Below are positions 1 to 10,481 of a stretch of DNA of 35,737 nt, piece after piece. A program made the position numbers and the translations under genes. Each line of letters starts with the position of its first letter. Positions within the stretch are counted from its first letter, which is position 1. The notes below the pieces were generated by a model. It was not told where the DNA came from. It did no database searches and saw nothing but the letters and a program-made list of their open reading frames with translations. Origin of the DNA: Octopus sinensis (Eukaryota); assembly GCF_006345805.1 (NCBI RefSeq), contig NW_021828059.1, positions 1-35,737 of the forward strand. The letters are read 5' to 3'.

Positions 1-744
1 GTATTTGGACGCTAAACACCTATTGATTTTAGAAAACCACTGTTCAGGCGCAATTAGCGATTTTTTCCAACGTCATATACTGAGATCAACTTCTGCCCGT
101 CAGCCTCGATCACTCATCGATTTTCATCAAAGTCGGACAAATAATGTAAAAGCTGCAGGAAAAATAACATCGTTATGAGAATATGAAAGGTTACCGAACA
201 AACTATTTAAAATGTCGCCATTGTTCTCAAATAACGTTTCACTTTTCGTTTGAAAAGAAAGAAAGAGTGGTTTATAATGGTGGTCGCTGAATTCCCAAAT
301 TTTTCATTTAAAACTTTTTTAAATGCGTCGTTCAAAAGCATTGGCCAAAATCGGTACCGATTGGGATTGGGGATTTGAAAAAAAGATCAACACATTAAAA
401 CAATTTTTAAAGAGCTTCCTGCCATCATCTGCAACGTTGAGGTGGAAAAAAATGGAAAATCCTCACCAGAACGTAGAAAAGGTATCTTCCACGAGTGAAG
501 TGGAAGATAGTTGTAGTAGTAGTAGTAGCTTTCACCTGAGATTATTATGTGAGTGCGTATTAGTTCACACGCGCGTATATGGTGTGCGTCTGTAGAATCT
601 AGTAGTTGTGTACGCGTGCCTGGGTCTTTGTATATTATCATATACTGAGGGATGTGTGTAGAGAGAGAAGAGTTGAGAAAATTTATGACTTATAAACGAT
701 AAGGAAAACAGGTTGGGAATTAAAAAAATGAAACAATAAAATAT

Positions 745-958
745 TTTATGTAAAATATTTATCTAGAAGAACGTTATAAAGGTTGCCGGTCTTGACGGCT
801 TTGAAGAGAATTTCAGAGTATTTTCTAAGACTCACGAAAATAATATAAATTTTAGTTAGGTGGGGTTTGATTGTTATTTTTCTGGGTTTAAATGTGATGT
901 CTTTAATGAGATTGGTAAGATCTTGTTCGAAATTATCTAAGTTACGCTTACGAAGTGC
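745..958 (-). mobile_element. Penelope-like element ORF N-terminal fragment (degraded)
   Basis: Manual minus-strand translation gives LDNFEQDLTNLIKDITFK and, after a frameshift, ILFKAVKTGNLYNV. These resemble the FEnDLxxLIKxIKF and ADKTxNLY motifs that precede the RT of Penelope-type PLEs. Confidence 0.55.
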
Positions 959-1552
959 ATATATAACGTTTGTCTCTTAGTCTGCGAATTATCTTACATT
1001 CAAAAACATATAATACGTATGTATATATTGGTATATTGAAATGGGAAAAAATGTATATATGTATATTTGTGCGTATATGTATGTATGCATATAAATATGT
1101 TCGTTACCAATATGTATGAAGAATAATATTGACATAACTATAATAACTCTATGATATATTGATAAACCGATATTGATTGTAAAATTAATATACTTATATC
1201 TTTCATAAACATCTTTTTATATATTATATTATATTCTATATTTTATTTTTCATATACTATCAGTTGTAAATAGCAGAATGCACCTAATCTAATATTAATA
1301 ATAATAATATTAGTAATAACTGAGTATTATATGTACTTATGGATGTAGATGTGTATGTATGTTTCAGTATATATTATATATATAGAGTGGATGTATACTC
1401 ACAACATGAGGGGTAAACAGCGGTGGTGTAATTCCCCTACGGGTGAGTCACGTTATGTTGACAGTATGCAACCACTCCTTCGCTCCACCACCGCTCATGT
1501 CTCTTTGAGACATTTAGAAATTTAATATTTCCAATTTATATATATGTATGTC

Positions 1553-1592
<40 letters not shown>

Positions 1593-1593
<1 letters not shown>

Positions 1594-2044
1594 TCGTTAC
1601 TTGTTTCAGTCATTTGACTGCGGCCATGCCGATGGACCGCCTTTAATCGAGCAACTCGACCCCGGACTTATTCTTTGTAAGCCCAGTACTTATTAGATCG
1701 GTCTATTTTGCCGAACCGCTAAGTGAGGGGACATAAACACACGAGTATCGGTTGTCAAGCGATGTTGGGGGACAAACGCAGACATACAAACACACGCGCA
1801 CACAAACACACACACACATACACATATATATATATTATATTATATATATATATAATATATATATTATATATATATATATATACATATATACGTCGGGCTT
1901 TTTTCAGTTTCCATCTACCAAATACACTCACAAGGTTTTGGTCGGCCCGAGGCGATTGTAGAAGATACTTCCCCAAGGTGCCACGCAGTGGGACTGACCC
2001 GGAACCATGTGGTTGGTAAACAAGCTACTTACCCCACAGCCACT
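1593..2044 (-). mobile_element. tRNA-derived SINE (abundant octopus-type family) with internal (CA)/(TA) microsatellite
   Basis: Minus-strand tRNA-like head with A-box-like TGGCTGTGGGGT (2031-2042) and B-box-like GGGTCAGTCCC (1990-2000). The 3' tail reads CATGGCCGCAGTCAAATGACTGAAACAAGTAA. Diverged relatives occur at 7725-7920, 9671-9815, 25326-25458 and 31640-32020. Confidence 0.85.
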
Positions 2045-2110
2045 ATATATATATAATTATGTATAACCATATATGTATGTATATATATATATAGACACAC
2101 ATATATATAT

Positions 2111-2143
<33 letters not shown>

Positions 2144-2428
2144 TCAAATGTGTGTATTTTGTTTATTTTAAATTCATATTTGTATTTATTATTGTACATG
2201 ATAATCTCTGAGGAAACCTGGAGATATATACAAGTTCCTCATTTTCATCTGCCTATTACCTAATACACTTGATTAATAAAGGCAGAATGAGATACTTTTA
2301 TCTATGGGCTGAAACAGCTGCAAGTTATTTTACTAATTTATATTCATGTTGTTCAATAATTACTTGTATCCTTTTCTTATATGCTATATGTAAGTATGTT
2401 ATTATAATTATGTATGTTATTATAATTA

Positions 2429-5400
2429 GTCTAGTGTTCGATTCGACACTCTTCCAGCAGCTCCTGCAACCAAGCTGGTGCCAAACGTAATGCTCTGCAC
2501 TCCTTTGGACTATGTCAGCAAGGTCGAGAGAGGAATCCTGACGATTGGGCAACCAGGATTTTCATATTTCTAGCCCAGGCCTGCGCAAAACTGGAGAGGA
2601 CACATCAGTGCTGCTGTAAAAAGTGGCAGAAATAACACGGGAGGTAACAGTCACGAGTGATAAGTCCATTCAGATTGGCGTAAGATATGGAAGCCACGGG
2701 ACACCTCTGACGGTGGGGTGGACCTCCATGTCCCATTGGTTAGCTACTGCCTACCTGAAGCTAGGCAGCTCCCAGTTAATAAGTTGCTGACTCGCCACAG
2801 GCCGCCTGTTTCATTGGGTTCTTGGAGCTAAGAGTTTCACTTGAAAAACGGCCTGCAACCTCTGCACCAGGCAAACAACTAAAAGACAAGAAACCACCAG
2901 TCCTGCGGTTAGCAAGCTGGAATGTCAGGACCATGTGCCCTGGAATATCTGATGACCTACTCAGGGTTGAAGACACAAGAAAGACAGCCATCATTGACCG
3001 TGAACTAGAGAGGCTTAACATAGACATTGCTGGGTTGCAGGAGCCAAGACTCCCCTCAAACGGGAAAGTCAAAGAACAGGATTTCACCTTCTACTGAGCA
3101 TCTATGCTCCCACTCTCTACGGGTCAGAGGAGACCAAGGACCAGTTCTACAAAGATCTCAACTGTGTCATTTAAAATATACCAACAAATGAAAACATCTA
3201 CCTTCTGGGAGATTTTAACGCTCGCGTTGGATCTGACCATGATTCGTGGCCCATTTGTGTTGGATACACTGATATTGGCAACATGAATGACAATGGTCAG
3301 AGACTACTAGAAATTTGCACATACCAAAACCTGTGCATCACCAACACATTCTTCGCCAACAAGACATCCCACAAGGCATCTTGGAGACATTCAAGATCTC
3401 ACCACTGGCATCAGCTGAATCTCATCATCGCACGAAGATCCTTTCTGAATTCTGTTCAACTGACCCGTAGTTACCACAGCGCAGATTGTGTCACACAGAT
3501 CACTCACTAATTAGAAGGAGGGTGAGGATCCTGCCTAAAAAAGTCCATCACTCCAAGAAAATGTGCCGACCACGCATTAACACTGCCAGAACCTCGGACC
3601 CTACACTGCGAAAATGTTTTGCTGTTTCTATCAAGGTTGCCCTCAGTAGCTGCCCAACCTCCTCTGCTGAAAGTAGGTGGAATTATATCAGGAAAGCTTT
3701 GTATACCACATCAATAGATACTTTCGGCATGAGAGAAAGGCAAAATCCAGATTAGTTCAGTGCTGGGCTCTCAGCTGGGAACAGTTATCGAAGCAAAGCG
3801 TGCAGCTCTGATGCAATACAAGAGTGATTCTTCTACAAAATCACTCGAAGAACTTAGAAAGGCAAGAAATATAACCCAACTGACAGCCAGACACTGTGCA
3901 AATAGGTATTGGCAGAAAATCTGTCAGAGTATCCAGTCAGCTACTGACAGTGGCGATACCTGGTTTGAAGAAGGCCCTCGGTCCATCCGCAACTAGTCAG
4001 CCCCTCTGAAATCAACTACTGGAGATCTCATCAAGGACCAAAGGAAGCAAATGGATAGATGGGTTGAGTACTACCAGGATCTCTACTCACGGGAGACCAC
4101 GGTAGCTGAGACTGCAATCGAGAGTGTCAAGATCTTGCAAGTCATGTGCGAACTTGACAGTCCGCCATCTATAGAAGAGCTATAGACGCCCTAGCAAGGG
4201 TATTGACACCTTAGCAAGTAGCAAGTCTCCGGGAAATGACGACATCCTCTCAGAGATCATCAAAGCCGGAAAAACCACAATCCTGCTTCGGTTACCCTCA
4301 GAGCTTCTGTGTCTGTGCTGGGAAGACGGTACAGTCCCTCAAGATATGCGGGATGCTAACATCATTACTCTTTACAAACCAAAGGTGACCGTGTTGATTG
4401 TAACAATTACCGTGGAATATCTCTTCTAAACACTGTTGGAAAGATCTTTGCTCGCGTTATCCTGTCCAGGCTACAACTGCTTACTTCTCGAATTTATCCG
4501 AAATCGCAGTGTGGCTTTAGAAGAAGCAGATCAACTATTGACATGATATTCTCCATACGCCAACTTCAGAAGTCCAGAGAGCAGAAATGCCATTATATAT
4601 GGCCTTCATTGATCTGACAAAGGACTTTGACTTGGTAAGTAGGAAGGGCCTCTTCATCCTGCTCCAAAAAATCGGATGTCCACCAAAGCTGCTGAGGATC
4701 ATCAAATCTTTCCATGATGATATGCAAGGCACCATACAGCACAATGGATCATCAGCCGCCTTCCAAATAAAAAACGGGGTAAAGCAAGGTTGTGTCCTTT
4801 TTCCTACATTATTTGGCACCTTCTCGATGCTGCTCTCACATGCCTTTCAGACATCAGATGATGGAGTGTTTCTGCAGAGTAGAAGTGACGGGAAGCTGTT
4901 CAATCTCTCGCGCCTGCGTGGCAAGACTAAAATCAGAAACGTCCTGATCAGGGAGATGCTATTTGCTGATGATGCCGCTCTAGTATCACACACAGAAGAA
5001 GCATGTAACGACTTTGGCTTAGCTATCAGCCTTAAGAAGATCAACATCATGGGTCAGGCTACATTGGACATCACAAACATATATATTGGAGATTACAGAT
5101 TACAGGAGGGGGAGAAGTTTACCTATCTCGGATCTACCGTCACCTACAACCTATCCCTTGACGCTGAGCTCAATATATGCATTGGCGAGGCAGCTTCTGT
5201 GATGGCCCAACTCTCCAAACGGGCATGGGACAACAATAAGCTGACCAAGAACACAAGAATGAAGATTTAACAGGCATATGTACTTAGCCCTCTACTATAT
5301 GAAAGTGAGACTTGGACGACATACACACGCCAAGAGCGTCGCCTAAATATCTTTCAGATGCGCTGCCTCCGGAAAATCCGTTGCATCAAATGGCAGAATT

Positions 5401-5940
5401 ATGTTCCCAACAAAGATGTCCTCAGGCAAGCAGGAATACCAAGCATGTTTGCACTCCTCACACAAAGACGTATGAGATGTCTTGGAAATGTTAGCCGTAT
5501 GGAAGATGGCAGAATCCCCAAGGACATACTCTACGGAGAGCTTGCTAGGGGCACTAGGTCTGTGGGAAGACCGTTCTTACGATTCAAGGATGATTACCAA
5601 AGGGACATGAAAGCCTACAACATCAATATTACCAACTGGCAAGCAGTTGCCAGCAACCGTGGAGATTGGCGACGTACCGTAAAAGAGGAAACTCAAAGGT
5701 GTAACAGAGAGAGAAGAAATGGAAAGACAAGAAAAGACGTCAACAAGAAACTATGACATTATAACCACTCAGGAAAAATCTTAGCTACATTTGCGGTGCC
5801 TGCCGGAGGGAGTGTTTGTCCAGGATAGGACTACACAGCCACAGCAGGAGATGTATTAGGATATGAAATGTAAAAGCCGGACTAGATTATTTTATGCGCA
5901 ACTCCATTGTCTCCCGAGACAAAAATGATGCCAACAACAA
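2429..5940 (+). mobile_element. Near full-length RTE-clade (BovB-like) LINE, inactivated
   Basis: AP endonuclease motifs LASWNVRTM, DIAGLQE and GDFNARVG-like, and NDNGQRLLEIC..ITNTFF. RT motifs FIDLTKDFD, GVKQGCVL and LFADD. C-terminal CGACRRECLSRIGLHSHSRRC zinc-finger-like end at about 5790-5855. 3' TGTCTC-CC-GAGACA hairpin plus a (CAA)n tail. Many stops, frameshifts and a deletion near 3095. Confidence 0.95.
2822..5866 (+). pseudogene. RTE ORF (APE endonuclease + reverse transcriptase), fragmented
   Basis: ORF-track pieces 2822-3097, 3283-3510, 3486-3755, 3760-3996, 4587-5270 and 5358-5756 are colinear parts of one EN-RT polyprotein. Confidence 0.92.
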
Positions 5941-6032
5941 TTATAATTATCAGTTTAACAAATAAATAAGTAAATATTTTAATGTCCTAAAGTTGATGAA
6001 CCAACTATTGTTCTCCTCCATTTTCTTACTTG

Positions 6033-6081
<49 letters not shown>

Positions 6082-7000
6082 TGTATGTATATATATATGA
6101 GGGGGCAAAACTATAGGAATATTTGTTGTTCACAATGCACCACAATTTGAAAAAGTTGTAATTGGTTTTAAATAACCTTATTTACATACATACCAAACTA
6201 GTTTCAACAATATTTTTGATGTATTAATGGCAAAAATTTAAAATAATGAACGAGAAACAATATGTTTCAATGTTTACAAGTTTCAGTAATATGAAATATG
6301 ATTTAAATATTCATAACATTCAATAATATATAAGATGTGGAAGATCTTGTTTGAATGCATAAAATTCAAAAAATCGATAAGAAATGTGTATCATCAGAGT
6401 TTTGACCATACAGGGTAAAGAAGGAGGAAAACAAGGGAGAAACTGAGATAGTGGAAAAAAGGAAATCTTTGAGCACAATCCCTGTGAATCATTTTCCGTC
6501 GTGTGCAAGGACTTTGCTTGTAACGGCGTTTTTTGGAATTGGATGTATTTACAATTTTTTCCGTGAACCGATCTGATATTTGCTTCATTGAATTATAGGT
6601 GACGTCTAATTTTTCTGGTGGGCAAGGTTGTGGTTCTGCCTGATGGGCTTCCCTGTGGGGACGGGCATAAGCCATTCCAGTTGGTTTGATTGTCTTAAAG
6701 CGTTCGGTTCTGATCAGATGTAAAATTTCAATGATTTATGTGACATCAGCAACTGGTGTTTATATGGTGGTATTGTATGGCGATTTGGATTTGCTATTTC
6801 GAAACCCGCGTTGAAGACTGGTACTAAATATTTTTGAATTATGTCTGTTGTATCTCGTTTTTTATTGTGGAAAAATTGTTTCTTTTCCTTTTTCTGTTTA
6901 GTGTTTAAACAGAGGTGAATAAGAGAGAATGAATTAAACGATATTCTTTATTCTATAACACTACCATTGTATATTGTTCAGATGATGTAATTAATATATA

Positions 7001-7295
7001 GCGCATGACTCAGTGGTTAGAGCGTGGAGCTTACAATCGTGAGGTTGTGGGTTCGAATCCCAACCCAGGCTGTGTGTTGTGTTCTTGAGCAAGGCAGGTG
7101 TAGAAATGAGTTGCGACGTCACAGGTTCCAAGTTGTATCGGCAGTTGTCTCTCCCTTAAATAGAGAGGGGAGGCTGGTATGCATGGGCGACTGCTTATCT
7201 TCCATAAACAAATTTGCCCGGACTTGTGCCTGGGAGGGTAACTTTCTAGATGCAATCCCACGGTCAGTCATGACTGACAGGGCTCTCAGCTTAAT
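7001..7295 (+). mobile_element. tRNA-derived SINE (second family)
   Basis: A-box TGACTCAGTGG (7006-7016) and B-box GGTTCGAATCC (7050-7060), followed by a TGTGTTCTTGAGCAAG core-like segment and about 200 bp of body. The acceptor stem is not intact, so this is not a tRNA gene. Confidence 0.8.
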
Positions 7296-7532
7296 CCTTA
7301 CCATCTATCGTAGGTGTAAAATATGCTTTTAGGTGAGTATTTCAATAAGTTCTACGTTAGATCATACTATCATTTCACAGACACATGTTCCACCTTTGAA
7401 GAATGGCAGTGATCACACAAGATATTAACCATATCATCTCATCAATGAACTACGGGAGTGATGTATAGACACAATTGCAGGGATATGGAATAAAGAATGT
7501 CGTTGAAACCATTCGCTTATTCCTCATCAGCT

Positions 7533-7710
7533 ATGTATGTATGTATGTATGTATGTATGTATGTATGTATGTATGTATGTATGTATGTATGTATATTTGC
7601 ATGTATGTATGTATGTATGCATGTATGTATGTATGTATGTATGTATGTATGTATGTATGTATGTATATATGTATGTATGTATGTATGTATGTACGTATGT
7701 ATGTACGTAT
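7533..7710. repeat. (ATGT)n microsatellite
   Basis: Direct reading of the sequence. Confidence 0.99.
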
Positions 7711-7724
7711 ATACCATTCTTTCC

Positions 7725-7920
7725 TCTTTTACTTGTTTCAGTAAGTTGACTGCTTTGCAGCAGGAGAATCGAGATCACTAACTATTCTTTTAAACCCTGG
7801 TACTTACCCTGTCGGCCGCTTATGCGAAATCGCTAACTGACGAGGAATTAAACGCACTAACATAGGTTGTGAAGAAGTAGTAAGTACAAACATAGAGACT
7901 AAGTCACACTCACACACACT
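7725..7920 (-). mobile_element. Diverged SINE 3' fragment (same family as 1593-2044)
   Basis: CTTTTACTTGTTTCAGT...TACTTA...CGCTAA colinear with 1595-1790. Confidence 0.65.
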
Positions 7921-7974
7921 CGCACACATATGTATATGATATAATTACATATATATATGAAAGAGTTAGGACTC

Positions 7975-8404
7975 TAGTCCATGGAGCGAAAACCGGAGAG
8001 GTATGTAGTGATATGTGTGGAAGTTACTAGGGAAACTGGTATCAAACTTTGGAATTCAGAATTATACCAGACCTCGAATTGGACGTCACTGCACTGTTCC
8101 AAAAGTCCCGGGGTCTCATTTAATATTAGGAGAATGTACTGCAATAGTTTGGGGTTCAAGTGCTCACCGATTTTTAACGCCTTGCCAACACATCTGAGGA
8201 GTGGGAGTAGATGTTTCAAGATACAACTTGACCTCTTGCTATCCGAGTGAACCAATATCAGGACAGGAAACTCAAAAGACTGCAGTGGTAGTGAACTCCG
8301 GCCAATCCCATAAACTCGGCCAGTCAGTCAAAAAGTGTTTACACTGGTGGGGCCCCAGCATCGAGACAGCCTCAGGGTTAAAACATATAAAAGAATAAAA
8401 GAAT
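7975..8404 (+). mobile_element. CR1-group LINE 3' fragment
   Basis: Translates across frameshifts as ERYVV..WKLLGKLVSNFGIQNYTRPRIGRHCTVPK..NSLGFKCSPIFNALP, homologous to the C-terminus of the LINE at 27573-29907. It ends in GGTGGGGCCCCAGCAT...AAAACA and an (ATAAAAGA)2 tail. Confidence 0.8.
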
Positions 8405-8412
8405 ATATATAT

Positions 8413-9135
8413 ATATATGAATGAAGGTTTGAAAATGCAATTTTAAAAGATGTTTATTTACTTGACCGGTTTCACTTTTTTAGAAAAAGATTGTCAAAAG
8501 TAACATGTAAAAGCTTTGTTGTGTTTGGTACTGATTGTCTACAATACATACACACATTCCTTGATAATCATATGAACATTTAGTTAGTATATAAATGTAC
8601 AATGAGGGAGATATGTTTAGTTTGAACTGACCTGATTCACCATACTATCGTAAAAGCTTTTACGATAATATGGTGAATCAGGTCAGTTCAAACTAAACAT
8701 ATCTCCCTCATTGTACATTTATATACTACCAAAATGTAACCTTTTTTTAACTTATAATTTTCTGTGTGTATATATACAGATACAATACCGATTTTCCTCT
8801 GAACTTTTAATAATTCTTTCTGTAAGCTGCTTTTAACATTCTATTTTTATTATCAAAGAATGTATATATGTATTGTAATCTTTTGTACCCAATATTTTAA
8901 TGAACTTGTCAAATTTCTTTTATATTTTCACAAGATTTTCCCTTGTAACTGTGTTTAACATATTCTTATTATTATCAAAGTATGTATATATGTATTGTAA
9001 TATTTTGTGACAACCAGTACCTAACACAACAAAGATTTTACATGTTGCTTTTGACAATTCTTTCTAAATAAGTGAAACCGGTCAAGTAAATAAAGATTTT
9101 TTAACATTGCATTTTCAAACCTTTTTTCATATATA
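8413..9135. mobile_element. Foldback element with about 130-bp terminal inverted repeats, probably PLE pseudo-LTR/retrozyme derived
   Basis: 8413-8546 is the reverse complement of 9001-9135 (roughly 85% identity by eye). Each arm holds a hammerhead-like motif ending GAAACCGGTC followed by AATAAA. The element is flanked by (TA)n. Confidence 0.7.
8585..8728. repeat. 144-bp near-perfect palindrome
   Basis: 72-bp arms with no loop, centred on AAAG|CTTT at 8656/8657, with a single mismatch (8645 C vs 8668 A). Confidence 0.97.
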
Positions 9136-9186
9136 TTTCCACTCGTGCGGTACTTTACAACTCGAAACATTACGTACGACAGTGGT

Positions 9187-9666
9187 TCGTACGTAATGTT
9201 TCGAGTGTATGGGCGCACGAATAAATCACAGCTTAATCAAGACCATGTTCATAATTTTTTCCGCCATCCTCGGTATTGTGCATTGGGAGCTTTTTCAGGG
9301 AGGACGTTTGGGGAAAATGACCGGATCTGGATTCGCGAAATATTGAATTCTTCACGACAACAATGCACCTATCACCTCAATCGTAAGTTTCTTGCCAAAA
9401 ACAACATGCTATCGCATCCGCACATGCCCTATTCGCGTGATTTACCACCTGCTGACTTGCATCCGTTCCTCAAGATGACAAATCAGCTCAGAGGTCGAGA
9501 TCAAGAGCAAACTTAACATCATTGTTGAAATCAAGAGGTCCTCGACTCGCCTATGGAAAACTACGTCCAGGCCGGATTTCAAAAGTGTCAGAAAGGCTGG
9601 GGCAGTTGCATTATTGCTCAGGTAATATAAGTTACTTTTATTAAACATAGCTCGTTCAGAAAATTT
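9187..9666 (+). mobile_element. mariner deletion derivative (copy 1)
   Basis: HDNNAP..KFLAKNNML..PHMPYSRDLPPADL matches the mariner HDNAP / HPPYSPDLAPxD motifs. Colinear with 24758-25322. Confidence 0.85.
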
Positions 9667-9670
9667 ATAT

Positions 9671-9815
9671 ATACGACGGGTTTCCTTCAGTTACCGTGAA
9701 CCCAATTAATTAAAATACACGAGTTTGTTCGGTTGGAGAGCAGAATACACGCAGAAGGACTGAATACAGAAGTAAAATTCCTATCACACAGCAATGCCAA
9801 CGCCTAAGAATATGC
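9671..9815 (-). mobile_element. Diverged SINE 5' half
   Basis: ATACGACGGGTTTCCTTCAGTT...CACGCAG..GGACTGAA corresponds to 1889-2000. Confidence 0.6.
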
Positions 9816-10076
9816 ACACACAAACACACACACACACACACATACACAATACACACACACACGTATGACAGAAATGGAAAATGGATTTTACGAGATTCGT
9901 TAATCATTACTGCCGTTTCAACCCGTCTTCAATCGGCCCCTCACGGATGAGATAATGGTCGAGTGGCCGCGGTGCATCTTTCTTTGCAGATGTTTCTCAT
10001 CAGTTGACATTTCAAAAAGTACTCTGCTCAATAAGCTCGGTTTCACTTGGTTCGATTTTAAAGTATTTCGTTACTT

Positions 10077-10101
10077 AATAATAATAATAATAATAATAAT
10101 A

Positions 10102-10138
<37 letters not shown>

Positions 10139-10325
10139 TTTAGTACGAATAAGGTGAAGAAGGAGAAGAAAAAGAAGAAGAAGAAAAAGAAGAAGAAAAA
10201 AGAAGAAGAAGAAGAAGAAGAAAAAGAAGAAGAAGAAAAAAGAAAAGAAGGAGAAGAAGAAGAACAACAACAACAACAGCAACAACAAAAACAACGACAA
10301 CAACAACAATAATAACAACGAAGAA
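10077..10325. repeat. Compound triplet microsatellite (AAT)n-(GAA)n-(CAA)n
   Basis: Direct reading of the sequence. Confidence 0.95.
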
Positions 10326-10481
10326 GTCAGTGATGAAGAAAAAGTAATATAAGTAGCAAAAAAACAGACAAGATGGACAAGCAAAACAATAACAAGAAAA
10401 TTGGGAATGAGGATAGAAATGATAATAAAAATATATCAACATAAGTAAAATTATCAGACATACACACAGACACAAACGTAC

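Noticed and set aside
1-460. Possible MITE/DNA-transposon end (CGATTTTCATCAAA motif)
   Set aside because: No partner TIR or coding motif lies within the window.
462-540. 69-nt minus-strand exon candidate (CAG...GTGAGG)
   Set aside because: There is no polypyrimidine tract, it includes a (CTA)n run, and the peptide is unrecognisable.
6250-6405. Minus-strand CTGATGA and downstream GAAAC..GT
   Set aside because: Stems I and II cannot be paired.
6394-6900. ORF 6394-6675 (-) and the adjacent moderately GC-rich DNA
   Set aside because: No recognisable motif in any frame and no convincing splice pair. It is probably an unclassified repeat, but I cannot support a call.
7001-7070. tRNA gene (Val-TAC-like loop)
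   Set aside because: A and B boxes are present, but the acceptor and anticodon stems do not pair and the sequence continues into a SINE body.
7485-7531. Minus-strand CTGATGA followed by a GGAATAA/TTATTCC stem
   Set aside because: No GAAA or stem III follows stem II, so it is not a hammerhead.
7475-7781. ORFs with MYVC/YIHT repeats, and likewise the poly-E/D/M/S, SIYL and YI ORFs at 10058-10646, 11498-11768, 12961-13279, 21373-21726 and 32288-33437
   Set aside because: These are translations of stop-free microsatellites.
9905-10005. Minus-strand CTGATGA...GAAACGGCAGTA
   Set aside because: Stem II does not pair and stem I is mismatched next to the core.
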